Shown: positions 46,595-59,800 of the stretch, piece after piece
Position numbering within the stretch: the first letter of the stretch is position 1
How the letters are laid out: each line of letters opens with the position of its first letter
Assembly (NCBI RefSeq): GCF_009914755.1
Contig: NC_060935.1
From: the human T2T-CHM13v2.0 reference genome, Homo sapiens
Reading direction: 5' to 3' (one strand)
Length of the DNA stretch: 64,000 nucleotides
Program-made: the position numbers and the translations under genes
The notes under the pieces: generated by a model
What the model was told of the DNA's origin: nothing
Seen by the model: the letters and a program-made list of their open reading frames with translations, nothing else
Database searches by the model: none

Positions 46595-47202
46595 TGTAGT
46601 TTTCTCCTGCTGTAATATTAGCAGCTTAAAGCACTTATTATTTCACAGTTTCTGTAGGTCAGGAGTCTAGATATGACTCAACTGGATCCTCTGCTCAGGC
46701 CCCAAAAGGCTGAAAGTATGGCATCAACTGGGGCTGCTATCTCATCTTATGCATCGTATGCTTAGGATCCTCTTCCAAGCTCACTGGTTGTTGGCAGAAT
46801 TCAATTCCTTAGGACTGAGGCCCTCAGCTCCTGGAGGCCACCCACCATTCTCTACCATGTGGCCCTCTCCATAATATGCCAGCTTGCTTATTCAAAGTCA
46901 ACAGGAGAGGCACATTGAATCTGACTTCTGGAAGGGCCCCCAGTCCCTTTTAAAGGCTCATCTGATTAAGTGGGGCCCAGTCAGGATAATTTGCTTTTTG
47001 ATTAATAATTAACTCAAATTCAACTAATTTGGGACCTTAATTACATATGCAAAATCCCTTCACCTTTTTCATATAATATGATCTAATGGAAGAAAATCAG
47101 TTATTTTCACAGTACCACCTACACTCAAGGAGAGATCATTATACCAGGCATGTACACCAGTGGGTGGGAATTTTGGGACTATCTCAGAATTCTGCCTACC
47201 AC
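46595..47202 (-). mobile_element. MLT1-type MaLR LTR nested in L1M
   Basis: cacagtttctgtaggtcaggagtc ... attctgcctaccaca. Confidence 0.75.
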
Positions 47203-49634
47203 AGCAATAGATTTTATCATACTTCTCTCAATAACTAACAGAACAGGCAGACAAAATACACAATTCAGTAAGAGTGTAGAAGATTTGAACAAGATTAACA
47301 AATTTTACCTAATTATATATACAGTATTGAACTCCGTAACTGCAGAAAATACATTGTTTTTAAGTATACACAAAACACTGACCAAAATAGATCACATACC
47401 GGACCACAGAATAAGTCCTAACAAATTTTAAATGACTGAACTCACATAAAGTATATCCTGTGATCACAGTGGAATTAAAATATAAATTATATTTAAAAGA
47501 TTACTTTAAAAGTCCAAAATATTTAGAAATTAAGTAATACACTTCTATATCATTCATGGGTTAAAGAAGAAATCAAAGAAATCAGAAAATACTTTGAACT
47601 GCATGGTAATGAAAATACAATGTATTAAAACTTATGGGACAAACTAATGTGCTTAGTGGGAAATTTAGAGCTCTAAATTCATTTAAAAAAATAAGAAAGG
47701 CTGAAAATCTATGATCTAAGCAATGATCCCAAGTCAGGAAAAAAAAAAAAAAATCACAGTAAATTCAAAGCGAAGACATCAAAGAAATTAATGAAATAAA
47801 AAACAAACATACAGTAAAGGATTGGCAAAGGCAAAAGCCAGCTCTTTGAAAAGATTAATAAAATTAATTCACCCCATCTAGCAAGATTGATGAAGAAAAA
47901 CAGCAAAAGTATAAATAATTAATATTAGAAATGGAAAAGGTGGTATCACCACAGATCCAACAAGCACTAAAAAGATAAGAGGATATTATGAAAAACTTCA
48001 TGTCAATAGATTTGAAAATAGATGAAGTGGACAATTTCCTAGAAAACAACTTATCAAAATTGACATAAGAATAAATAGAAAATCAAAATAGTCCTATATC
48101 TAATAAAGGAATTGAATCCATAATTTAAAACTTTCCTACAATGAAAACTCCAGAATTGAATGGCTTCACTGGTGCATTCTACTAATCATTTAAGCAAAAA
48201 ATAAGACCAAGCTTACATAAACTCTTCCAGGGAACAGAAAAAGAGGCAACACTTCTCGACTCGTTTTATAAGGCCAGCATCATCTTGATACCAACACCTG
48301 ACAAGAACATTGCAAGAAAGGAAAATTACAGGCCAAACTCTCATGAACATAGATGTAAAAATTCCAATAAAATACTAGCAGATTATATCCAGTACATATA
48401 AAAAAGATAATATATTACAATCAAAGTAGGATTATTCCAGGAATACAAAGTTGGTTTAGCATTCAGAAAAGCAATTAATGCATTTCACTGCATTAACAGA
48501 GTAAGGAGAAAAATCATGAGAATCATAATGCAGACAAGGCATTTGATAGAAATTATCCATTTAAAAAACAAAAACAAAAACCCTCTTCCCAAACTAGGAT
48601 CAGAGGGACTATCTTCAATCTGATAAAGAATATCTACAAAAAAAAAAAAAAAAAAAAACCCTACAGCAAACATCTTATTTAAAGGTGAAATGCTTAAAGC
48701 TTTCCCTCTGCAATCAGAAAGATAAGGATGCCCGCTATCCTATCATTACTCCTCTCCAACACTGTACTGAAGGCCCTCGCCAGTGCAGTAAGGCAAGAAA
48801 AAGAAATACATGATATATAAGGCTTGGAAAGATAGAAATACAACTGTCATTATTCTACATCCTTAGGGAAATGCAAATTAAAACCACCACTATACACCTG
48901 CCAAAAAGGCTAAAATAAAAAGAATGACAACATTAAAGTGCTGGTAAGAATGTAAATTGGTAGAACTACTTTCAAAAATAAACACCATCTTTTGAAGTTT
49001 AACATAAGCAACTCTATAACCCAGCAAACTCAATGCCAGATATTTACCCAGTAGAAATATACTCATAGAGACATCAACAATGTATATAAAAATTTACAGC
49101 ATTATTTGTAATAGCCAGAAATAGAAATAACCCAAATATCCATTAACAGTAGAAGGAATAGTCTACTCAGATAATGGAGTACTATACTGCAGCCAAAATG
49201 AACAAACTCTGTTACACTCAAAAAGATTGAATCTCACAGAGTAGAAATAATCCATACAAAATACTTAATCATACAACTTACATAAAGTTCAAAAAAGAAA
49301 ACTACTCAATAGCATTAACAATCACAATAGTGGTTGCCTCTGTGAAAGAGGGAAGGACTATGAGGAGGGCTTCTAGGTACAGATAATATTCTACTTCTTG
49401 ATCTGGAGGGTGTTACAATGGACATGTTTACCTTGTGATAATTCAATGAGTTGTGCACTTACAATTTGTGCCTATTTCTGTATGCTACTTAAAACCATTA
49501 GTGACAGCATGTACCGCTGGATATAATGTGAGGAGAAGGGCACTTCACGTCTGCAGTTATCTTTCTAAAAAAAAAACATAACTCCAGCTCCAGTCTAATC
49601 ATCCGTAAAATATCAAGACGAAGCTGATTTGAGG

Positions 49635-49662
49635 AACTGCAATTACTTTTGCACTAACCTAA
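49635..49662. mobile_element. MADE1/Hsmar1 terminal inverted repeat remnant (single TIR)
   Basis: aactgcaattacttttgcactaacctaa followed by TA, the reverse complement of the Hsmar1 TIR TTAGGTTGGTGCAAAAGTAATTGCGGTT with 2 mismatches. Confidence 0.8.
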
Positions 49663-49702
49663 TACAAAATACCTGACAAGTACTCTCTCAAAACTGTCAA
49701 GG

Positions 49703-50163
<461 letters not shown>

Positions 50164-50615
50164 TTAATAGTAATGTGCCAATGAAGATGTTTTAGTTTTC
50201 ATAAATGTCCCACAGTGGGATATATAAGGGTAAAGGGTGAGGGGTGTATAGAACTCTCTGAACTCTCTTTGCAACTTTTCTGTAAATCTCAAATTACTCC
50301 AAAATAAAAAGTTCATTTTAAAAAAAGAGAAATTTTAGTATAAAAGAAACGAAGCTGAATGGCAACCTGAACTACTGGATGAGGAAAGAAACGAATATTT
50401 ATATGGTATGTGCCACATGTTAGACACTTAACATGTAACATTAACAAACTAAGAATTTCTTGAAGAAGAGAGAGAGACAAAAATAGACATGGCAAAAAGA
50501 AAACTAAAAGGAAATGTATGTTTACAATACAGTAAAATCAAGGTTGAAAGAGGTATCCAACTGTAATAGAATTTGGGAGGCAGAAAGACTAGAGTTAATC
50601 TTTGCTCTACTGCTT

Positions 50616-51031
50616 TGACATAGTTTGTATATTTGTCCCCTCCCAAATCTAATGTTGAACTGTAATCCCCAATATTGGAGGGGGGCCTGGTGGGAGGTGA
50701 TTGGATCATGGGGTGGATTTTTTCTCATGAATGGTTTAGCATCCTTCCCTTGGTGCTGTCCTCAAGATAGTGAGTGACTTCTCATGAGATCTGGCTATTT
50801 AAAAGTGTGCCGTACCTCCCCCTCTTCCTATTGATCTTGCTTTTGCCATGTGACACGCCTGCTCATACTTTGCTTTCCCCATGAGTAAAAGCTCCCTGAG
50901 GCCTCCCCAGAAGCAGATGCCACCATGCTTTTTGTACAGCCTGCAGAATCGTGAACCAATTAAACCTCTTGTCTTATAAATTACCCAGAGTCAGACATTT
51001 CTTTATAGCAATGCAAGAATGGACTGATACA
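50616..51031 (+). mobile_element. MST-type MaLR solo LTR
   Basis: tgacatagtttg start, attaaacctctt signal, ggactgataca end. Confidence 0.88.
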
Positions 51032-51334
51032 CACTGACTGCATGATTTCTAGCAAGCTATTTCACCTCTTTAATCCTGTTTCTTCATCCTCAAGAAGGGG
51101 ATAATACCACCTACCTTAGAGAATTACAGTGAGGATTAATAAAGTGCTTTACTCATACTCAGTAAATATTTATTTACTTTCTTTTCCCCTTAACCTACTC
51201 ATAGAAGGAAACAGTGAAAAAGTTATGAGGAGCCAAGAAGCCTAGATTAGAGTTGTATCTTGGTCACTAGTTTGATACCTTGCATGAGTCACTTAAACTC
51301 TCCGGGTATGTTTCTTCAACTTACTAGCATAAAT

Positions 51335-51556
51335 CAGGATGGGCATATTATAGCCCACACTCCAAATCCTGGCCTGCTGCCTCCTTGAATGAATAAAGTT
51401 TTATTGGAATACAGCAACACTCATTTATTTATGCATCATCTTTGGCTGCTTTTCCACAACAACAGCGGAGTTGAAGAGTTGTGACAGAGACCATGTGTCC
51501 CACAAAGCCTAAAATTTTACTGTCTGGTCCTTTAAAGAAAAAGTTTGCCAACCCCT
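51335..51556. mobile_element. MER58A
   Basis: aataaagttttattggaa and cccacaaagcctaaaat...aaagtttgccaacccct. Confidence 0.8.
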
Positions 51557-52226
51557 CGTCTAAACAGTCTCTAAGTTGCCTTCCAACTCTAAAATTCTAA
51601 GCCAAAACTTAAGGTAAATATGAGATTTGAAAATATGTGACAACAATATATCTTAATTTCAAGATGCTCCATAAAAATTTCTCCAAGTCCAATGCCTATC
51701 TGCTTTCTGATTTTCCTTTTTATCTGCAACCTCTATAACCTTGCAATTGAATCAGAGACTGTGGCAGCTGAGGTGAGCAGCTAGGTTCCTGACTTGGTTT
51801 TAAAATTCGTAAGCCTAGGGTTCCAAGAACCCACAGCACTGCAGACATCAAAGAGCCTTTATCCTATTCCAACTCATGGCAAAGCCCCAGAGAACTGGCA
51901 CTGTGGAGTAAAACAGGAGCTGTCAAGGAATTATCTGACAACCTCACTTCCAACTGCTAGGTAGTACAGGGAGCCTGGAACTACCAAAATTCATGCACCA
52001 AAAAAAAAAAAGAAAAAAAAAAAGGAAAAGAAAAACAAGCAGCAGCAGCAGCTGTTACATATCCTTAGTTTTATCTTCTTGATAGCTCTGAGCCTAAGAG
52101 CAGAACCATATACCATATCATATTCCAAATGTCCTAATATTTAAACTAGCTCTTCTAGTCCAATATACATTCTAAGACATTCCAAACATAATAGGATAGG
52201 TCCTGTCTCCCTTCAGCCAATGTTAA

Positions 52227-52608
<382 letters not shown>

Positions 52609-53861
52609 CACAACTTACTTAGTTTTTCATGCCTTGGGTAATCCACCTATAAAATGAGAATAGTAATTATTTATCCCATAGGACTTTTGCAATTAAATGG
52701 AGTAATACTCAAGAAATACTTAGCCAGTGCCTAGCTTTGTGTTTAATTAATAATAGCTACTGTAAGCCCTTACCTTATCATCACCAAATATCTATTTTCA
52801 GATTTAGTTTCCTCTTGAAATATTCGACCCTACATACCAAGTAAATAGTATTATTCGTTTCTTCTAAGAAAAGGAGCTATTCAGAATATTAATCAAGGGT
52901 ACTTTCCTTCAAAGCCCTACTCTTTCTGCCAAATCATTCTTTCTTCTACCTTTTAGCAATTCAGTTTCAAGCACCTCGTCATGCAACCGTGATTTGTATG
53001 AAAGTAATATTTGCATGGGAAATTAGAGAGGAAACACAAAATGCAAAAGGAATACTGTTTCAAAAGAGTCTTTAGTTCTAAAGGGAAGAAAATATTTGAG
53101 AAGAACTGATTCCAATTTTAGCTTAGCAAAACCGAACATCTATACAATGCCTTTCAGTGTAGAAATCTGAAAAAAACTTGGAGGGTAAAGCAGGTAAGTA
53201 GCAATCAATCTACAATCTGTCTATTTTCATGATCATTAATTAAATCAAATTAATGGAAATAGCTTAATATTTCTTGCCAAAATTGGACAATAATGGTGTA
53301 ATAGAAAGAGCATATTCTGGAGTTGAACAGACCTCAGTTCAAATCTTAGTTCTACTCTTTTGCAAATGTCAAAATAAGGATAAAAGTTTTCCTTACTCTA
53401 CTAGGCTGCTCTTACACAGGTAAACACCAAGGGTCTTTCTGAATATTAGACTATCAGACATTTACTTGTACTGAAAATAGTATCAACTTGTACTGAAACT
53501 GTATCAACAGTGTTGATACAGTAGGCAAAATTTCACAATTAAAAAAAAATCTTTTAAAAGAAATCACCGTAGTTACTCTCACACAATCTTAGCATTACTA
53601 CTTTCTTAATAGAAAACAAATATAAGGATAAAAGTTCAGCTTTCCCTTCTGATAAATAACCATGTGGGTCCCAAGGATGAGAAAAAACAGGGTAAGCACT
53701 AGAGTGAAGGTCCTACTTCCATGGCCAAATATGAACAGTAAATCACAGACAAAGTTGGGTTAACACAGTTGCGTAGATGACAGAGATTCAAAGTTGTTTA
53801 AACTAACCTATTTATACTAACAGTAATGGAAACGGGGAAAGGGACCCTGAATTCCCAGTAC

Positions 53862-54025
53862 CTTTCAGAGATAAAACCATCCGAGGACACCTGGGCTCCA
53901 AATATTTCTTGAGATCATCCCAGGCCTTTTTAATAGCAGCATAATGGTCAATGTATCTTCCTACATCAGAGTAAGTATCTATGAAGAGAGATTTCCAACA
54001 CTGATTCTTCTGTGTTTTCTCTTCC
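53862..54025 (-). CDS. FBXO3: FBXO3 exon 3 (EEKTQKNQCWKSLFIDTYSDVGRYIDHYAAIKKAWDDLKKYLEPRCPRMVLSLK)
   Basis: 164 nt, AG/GT boundaries, phase consistent. Confidence 0.97.
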
Positions 54026-55749
54026 CTAAATAGATGAAAAACATGAGATTTTAAATCTTTTAAAATAATATTAGCATTTATTTTAGATACCTACAACATA
54101 TAGAAACTTGTACTTTTCCCTTCCTTTTCATTATATTTTAGCCACAAATGAAGATCAGATAGCAAAAAGTGATATATACATAAAAAAATTTTAACAAAAG
54201 TTACTACTGGCATGGTGGAATTGCTAGGCACTCATTTTCTCCTTCTCTTTCTACTTATTTTTTTTCAGTTTTCTAATCTTTAATAAAATATGAATAGTAA
54301 TAACGTATAAATTTCAACTTATTCTTAAAAATATACCAATTATAAACTTTTAAAGGCATTATGTATTGTTTTAGAGAATACTTAGAATCTTGTGATATAA
54401 TAATATTAATCTAACACATATCTACACTGAATTAGTTGAGAATCATAGAACATGAAAGTAATTACATGATTCAACATTCCTATTTGGTAAAATTCCCCAA
54501 GCATTTATTGAGTGTCCACTTAGCCACTGAGGATATAAAAAAATAAGGCACATTTTTTACCTTCAAAAAAGGTAAGAGTCTAACCAGTGAGAAAGAATGA
54601 AGTATAAAATTAAGAATCAGAAGTGATAGAGGGTAAGGCAGCCACAGACGGCCTTAAGGTAACATACTAACGAGCTTAGTAAGAAAGGCTTGGTAAGCCT
54701 TTGTGATGAATATAGAAGGAGGGAGAGAAGTGGGGAGAGAGAGAGAGACACGCCTAGGATGACTCCTAATTCTGATCTGGATGCCTGAGTGGATGATGCT
54801 GCTATGAAGACTGGGAATGCTGAAGGACAGGTTTAGGAATGGGGAAAAGAACAACTCAGGGTGGGTTTTTTTTTTTTTTTTTGCGGGGGTAGAAGAGGGA
54901 AGGGGAGCATCTTTTTATTAATCTAAATAATATACACATAGATTATTAAAACTAAAAAGTATCAAAGAACTTACGATGAAAAACTATTCTCCTGTTTTAA
55001 GTCCAACTCCTCAAAGGAAATCTTAGGTATTTCTAGAAGTTACCTCTATAGTTCTAAATGTTTATGCCTCTAATTCTTGATTTATCAACTTCACATGTAT
55101 CTACTGATACCCCAAAGGGAAACACGGGAAGATCTAGCAATACTTAAAATTCCCCTTACCCTGTTCTTTTTCCTCCCAATGTTTGATAGCTCTGTTATTA
55201 ATTTTCACTTCTGTCTAAAGCTTGCAGCTTTAAATAATATGCTTAAACCTCTGCTTCTTACTTCACCAACTTTAGTCACTACCTGACTCCACTTAATCTA
55301 AGAAAAGATATCAGCATTCCTACTCATTTCTTCCACCTTTCTCAACTCCCACTTTCTGTCATCTGTACTTTGATTCTGTCAAATTTGTTAACATTTACTG
55401 AATCCAGTTAATAAGTGTGGGACAGCCAATAGAAAGGTCCAGCAGACAGTTGTGCAAACAATTCTAGACCTCAGTGGGGAAGTCAGGGAGGGAGATTCAG
55501 GTTTGGGAGTTAGGAGCATGCAGATAGTCACTATAAACGGCAACAATGCATGCAGTAGAGTTCAGCAAGGGAGAGCAGCAGTGGGCTAAGGACAGAACCT
55601 TGGCAAATACCAACATTTACTAGCAGGCACGAGAAGAGCCACCAAAGGAGATAAAGAGACAAGGGTTAGAGAGGAGAATCAGGACAAACTAGTGTTATGG
55701 AAGAAGCCAAGGGCCAGTTTTCAGAAGTACATATTCCTCGAATACTCAC

Positions 55750-55839
55750 TCAGATATCAGCCAGTATTTTTTGCAATGTCTTCTCCACAGCGGATCATGA
55801 CTTGATAGCTGGCTAAGTCTTCGACTGACATAACAACAG
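55750..55839 (-). CDS. FBXO3: FBXO3 exon 2 (F-box C-terminal half, CCYVSRRLSQLSSHDPLWRRHCKKYWLIS)
   Basis: 90 nt, ccag/gtgagt; F-box VSRR...LW motif. Confidence 0.97.
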
Positions 55840-57339
55840 CTGGCAGTAACCAGATTCACCGATAGTATTTAAAAAAGTAAGAAAACAATTTAAAAATAAA
55901 GATTAAAATATTCATTGTTTTGTTTTATGCCTTTTGTTTCTCTTACTTTTCACTTATTACCCTTATAATTACAAAACTATTTTCTAAAACCTGTTTAACA
56001 TGTTAAGTAGTATAATTGCCTTGTTAGTAGTGAAACTGAGTTCACAAATAAACCCTGAAACATCTACAACTGTAATTTTTCACAAAAATATCTACAGACC
56101 ATATATGCCATTGGAGTTAATCTCAAGTCAAGGAGTTGTCCTATGCTTATTATCAGGACAATACTCATTTCTACATATAGGAAGAAAGTTATTTAGTCAT
56201 AAACAAAGGGACTTGGGGTTTTTTCCCAAGATCTGTAAGATGTATGCTACTAAATACACAGACTTTTTATTTTTGTTTTTTAAAATTTTTTACTTAAAGG
56301 AAAAAAGTATTGCCACAAAAACCACGTTTTCATTAAAGCAACTACTGGAAAGTCCACCTATAGAGGGTGCCTGAATCGTAACAGTTCTGACTCAATAGTC
56401 ATGGCTACACAAGCTATCAGCTGCCCCAAAACATCGAATGTTAGAAGCAAATAACTTTCTTACTATATAAAGATTTCTAACACAACAGTGTTGCAATCCT
56501 GTAAATTCTACCCTACATAATTAATTTGTAAAAAGAATGAACCTAAGATTAGGACTCTATCCTTTCCAGAGAGAAATTACAAGTTATATTAATTGAAAGT
56601 AGGTATTCAAAGATCTCACTTGGGCAATAGCTATCAACAGAATCTTAAATCACATCAGGTTTGTCAAGGCCATGACTAAGGTGTGTTAAAAACCATCTAT
56701 AGTAAACAAAATTGCCTTTGTTTGATTTTCAGATTTTACAGAAACATCATCCTCATCCTTTTCTGCCAAGCTCAGGAGATGCCCAAATTAACTTTTGTAA
56801 ACATAGGAATCCCTCCAGTTTTGTGCATTCAGTTTCCATACCCTCTTCTTGATTCCTGTCCCTCCACTGCCCTAGGAGCTAAATGACATAAAAGAATCTG
56901 GAATATGCATGAAAGATGAATTCAATGCACATCGAGAGTGAAAACTACTGTTCTAGAGATTCTGATCCAGTCGGTTTGGACTGAGATCTGTACCTCAGGC
57001 ATCTGTATGTTTAAAAAGTGCCACAGGCCATTCTGATGCACAGGTCATTCTGACGCACAGTGTGGCATTTATTCACTCCATTTCAGAATAAATCACTCTG
57101 AAATGGAGAGGGTATCAGATCATCTCAATTCAAACTAGGCAACTGATGCTACATGATTCCAGTGTACTAATCCAATCCAACCCAATCCAGTTCAGCAAAT
57201 AATACCAAAAACTTCAGAGCTTATCACTAGACTAGACCCTTGACAAAATTGGGCTGTATGGTGCAGGAAAAAAGCTGCAATACACTGGATACTTTTCTGT
57301 AGATAAAATTCAAATGGTATTCAACTCAATTTATTTCCA

Positions 57340-57835
57340 CAGACATTTACAGAGGGATCATGTCACTTCTGTTTAAAATTGTGATTACTACCTAAAGCAT
57401 TTAAAGTAAACTCTTACTTCCTCACCTTGGTTCCCAAGGTCCTGCATGATCTCACCACCCTCATCTCATCACTGTCTGTGAGTCACTCCCTACCTCCAGC
57501 AACGCCAGCCTTCTGTATCTTCCACCAGGCCATGCTGTTGAACAGTACCGTTCAGCAGTCCCGTCAATCTCTGAACATACTTTTCCCTCTGCCAGAACTG
57601 CATATGCCCTGCTTCATATATGGCAGCTCCTTCCGATTTGATCACTTCTCACTTCCTATTCCTTAACAGAGCAATCTATTTCCTTCACAGCACTTAGTAC
57701 CTCTTGCAATTATGCGCTTGCCCACTGGACTGTAAGCTCCATAAGAGTTGCCTTATCTGCGTTGTTCACTACTGTACCCTCAACACTTAACAGACTGGCA
57801 CATAGCAAGCCCTCGGGGAAAAAAAAATCTTTGAA
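57340..57835. mobile_element. L2 relic
   Basis: ggactgtaagctcc ... cagactggcacatag motifs. Confidence 0.6.
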
Positions 57836-58849
57836 TAGGAAGATAAGCAAGGCAGCCCTTACAATCAAGAAGCACGCCATCTACCTGACATGGCAAATCA
57901 ATTCTGCAGGAAGAAGGTAGAGAGGGCATCTTCTCCACCTTGCCAAGTTGAGAAGAGGTAGGCAAGGCATTCCAGGCAAGGTCGAGAGCTTGAGCCACAG
58001 GAAAAAAAAAAAAAAAGAAAGTGCAAGTGTGTTGTATGCTGGCAGAGGTCTGATTTGGTTAGAATGGATGGTGCAAATGTGATAGTGGTGGAGAAATAAG
58101 TCCTGGAGGACCTTAGATATACAAGCCAGATGATAAGAGCTTTCAATGCCCCAGAAGTTTAGGTTATAGTCTATAAACATAGGGGTGTCACAGGTTTTAA
58201 GGAGAATGACAACCAGATGTGTCTTGGAAAGATTACTCTGGCAGCAATCAAAAGTTGGAGACTGTTAGTTAAATTGTAAGTATTTTCTAGAAAAATAAAA
58301 TTGCTAGCAGGTACAGGTAGCGACCAGTACAGGTAGTGACCAAAAACTTGAGGTATCTCTCTATCACCACTTAGCTAGGCCAACAACTATCTGTAGCTCC
58401 AAGAAATCTGTATTTATAAAAAGACCTCTAATAACACAGGGCACAATCATCAAATGGCTAGAATCTAATGGTTAATCCAAACACAAAACAAATCTCGCCC
58501 ACCTATCCTAAGAGGGCGACTTTGCATCCTCTGCAAATATATACGGTAGCACAGGAAACTCACAGCCATGCCACCCCCTGTCAAGGGTGTAAACAATCCT
58601 GACAGCTGGGGGGCGGGCTGGCAGCGCCATTTCTTCCACCACCCCAGACAGTCCCAAGTTCTGAAGAAACTGGGCATTGAACCACCCTTATCAGCAACCG
58701 GTGTTTATTTCTGGAACAGATGCTAGTAATGTGGGAAACCCAAGGTGTCCAGGAGAAAAGATAGTCACCGGTATGGCATCACCGGAAGTCAGTACCAAAA
58801 CATAAAATCCAACATCGAACCGTAAGGAGCAATGCTGACAGCAAAACAA

Positions 58850-59800
58850 TTCTCACGCACTGAAGTCCGAAAGTGAGCCCGGACAGCGATTCTGGCGCTG
58901 GGGAAGTCGCGCCAGGGGAGTAAGGGGTTGCCTATCTTCTCCTCTCGCTCACCCACCTGCCCACCCCGGCGCCAGACTCCGCAGGCCCCGGACCCAGCAG
59001 AGAAGAGCGCCTGGCCGGGACAGGGGCTTTTACACAGCAGCAGGGACTGACCCCAACCGGGCGGGCACCTGCGGGGCCAGCGGGGGTCCGCGGAGCGCGG
59101 CGGTGCGGCACGAGGGCCACTACCTCCTTCTCTTGCAAGTGGGCCTCACCGAGGCCTGGGAGAGAGATATCTCGTCGCTTCTCATACCTGGGCCCAGGAC
59201 AGGAGGAAGACTCAGGGCGAGGCCCTTTCCGCCCCCGTCTCGCCCCGGTCCCCGGTGGCTCCGCAGGATGAGGGCGGCCCTGGCGTCACCTTCTGGTGTC
59301 GCGGAAGCTCGGGTCCTGTCAGCGGCCCCGACCCCCTTTCCCCCTGCCTCACCGCCTCCTCTCCCCATGCCCCCACCCCTGCCATGCGTGTCGTCCCATT
59401 ACTTGATTAGATCCCGATAGTCCAAAAAGGATAAGATGAGGAGCAGGGGATCGGTGGGCAGCGACTCTAGGGTCAGCGGCGCCGTCTCGGTCTCCATGGC
59501 CGCCATCTTGCCTGGCCCGGTGCAGGTCTGGCCCCGCCCTGGCCCCGCCCCTGCCCCGCCCCCACCAGCGCCCGAACCGCCCCCAGCCGCTCTCACAGGT
59601 TTGTTATGTAACCGCCGGGCCAGCCCCGCCCTCAGGGTGGGCTGAGGTGCGGCTCCCTGGAGACCCCGCCCGCTAGCCGGGAGCCAGCGGCGCAGTGCGA
59701 GTTCAGCCCGCTTTCTTCGCGCTCCGCGTCAAATCTCTCCAGCTCTGTTCTCGCATCCCGGTTCGTAAACTTGCCCAGCCCGGGACCCTTTTGTTGCCAA
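58850..59800. promoter_or_regulatory. FBXO3: FBXO3 CpG-island promoter with clustered GC boxes and a YY1-type CAAGATGGCGGC over the start codon; probably bidirectional
   Basis: CpG-rich; repeated CCCCGCCC at about 59532-59562 and 59624; gccgccatcttg at 59499-59510. Confidence 0.85.
59403..59506 (-). CDS. FBXO3: FBXO3 exon 1 coding part (MAAMETETAPLTLESLPTDPLLLILSFLDYRDLI)
   Basis: ATG in strong context AAGATGG; F-box start LPTDPLLLILSFLD; donor gtaatg. Confidence 0.98.

Noticed and set aside
59507-59596. Gly-rich in-frame N-terminal extension of FBXO3
   Set aside because: Starts at a non-ATG codon among the promoter GC boxes, probably upstream of the TSS; the annotated ATG has strong context.
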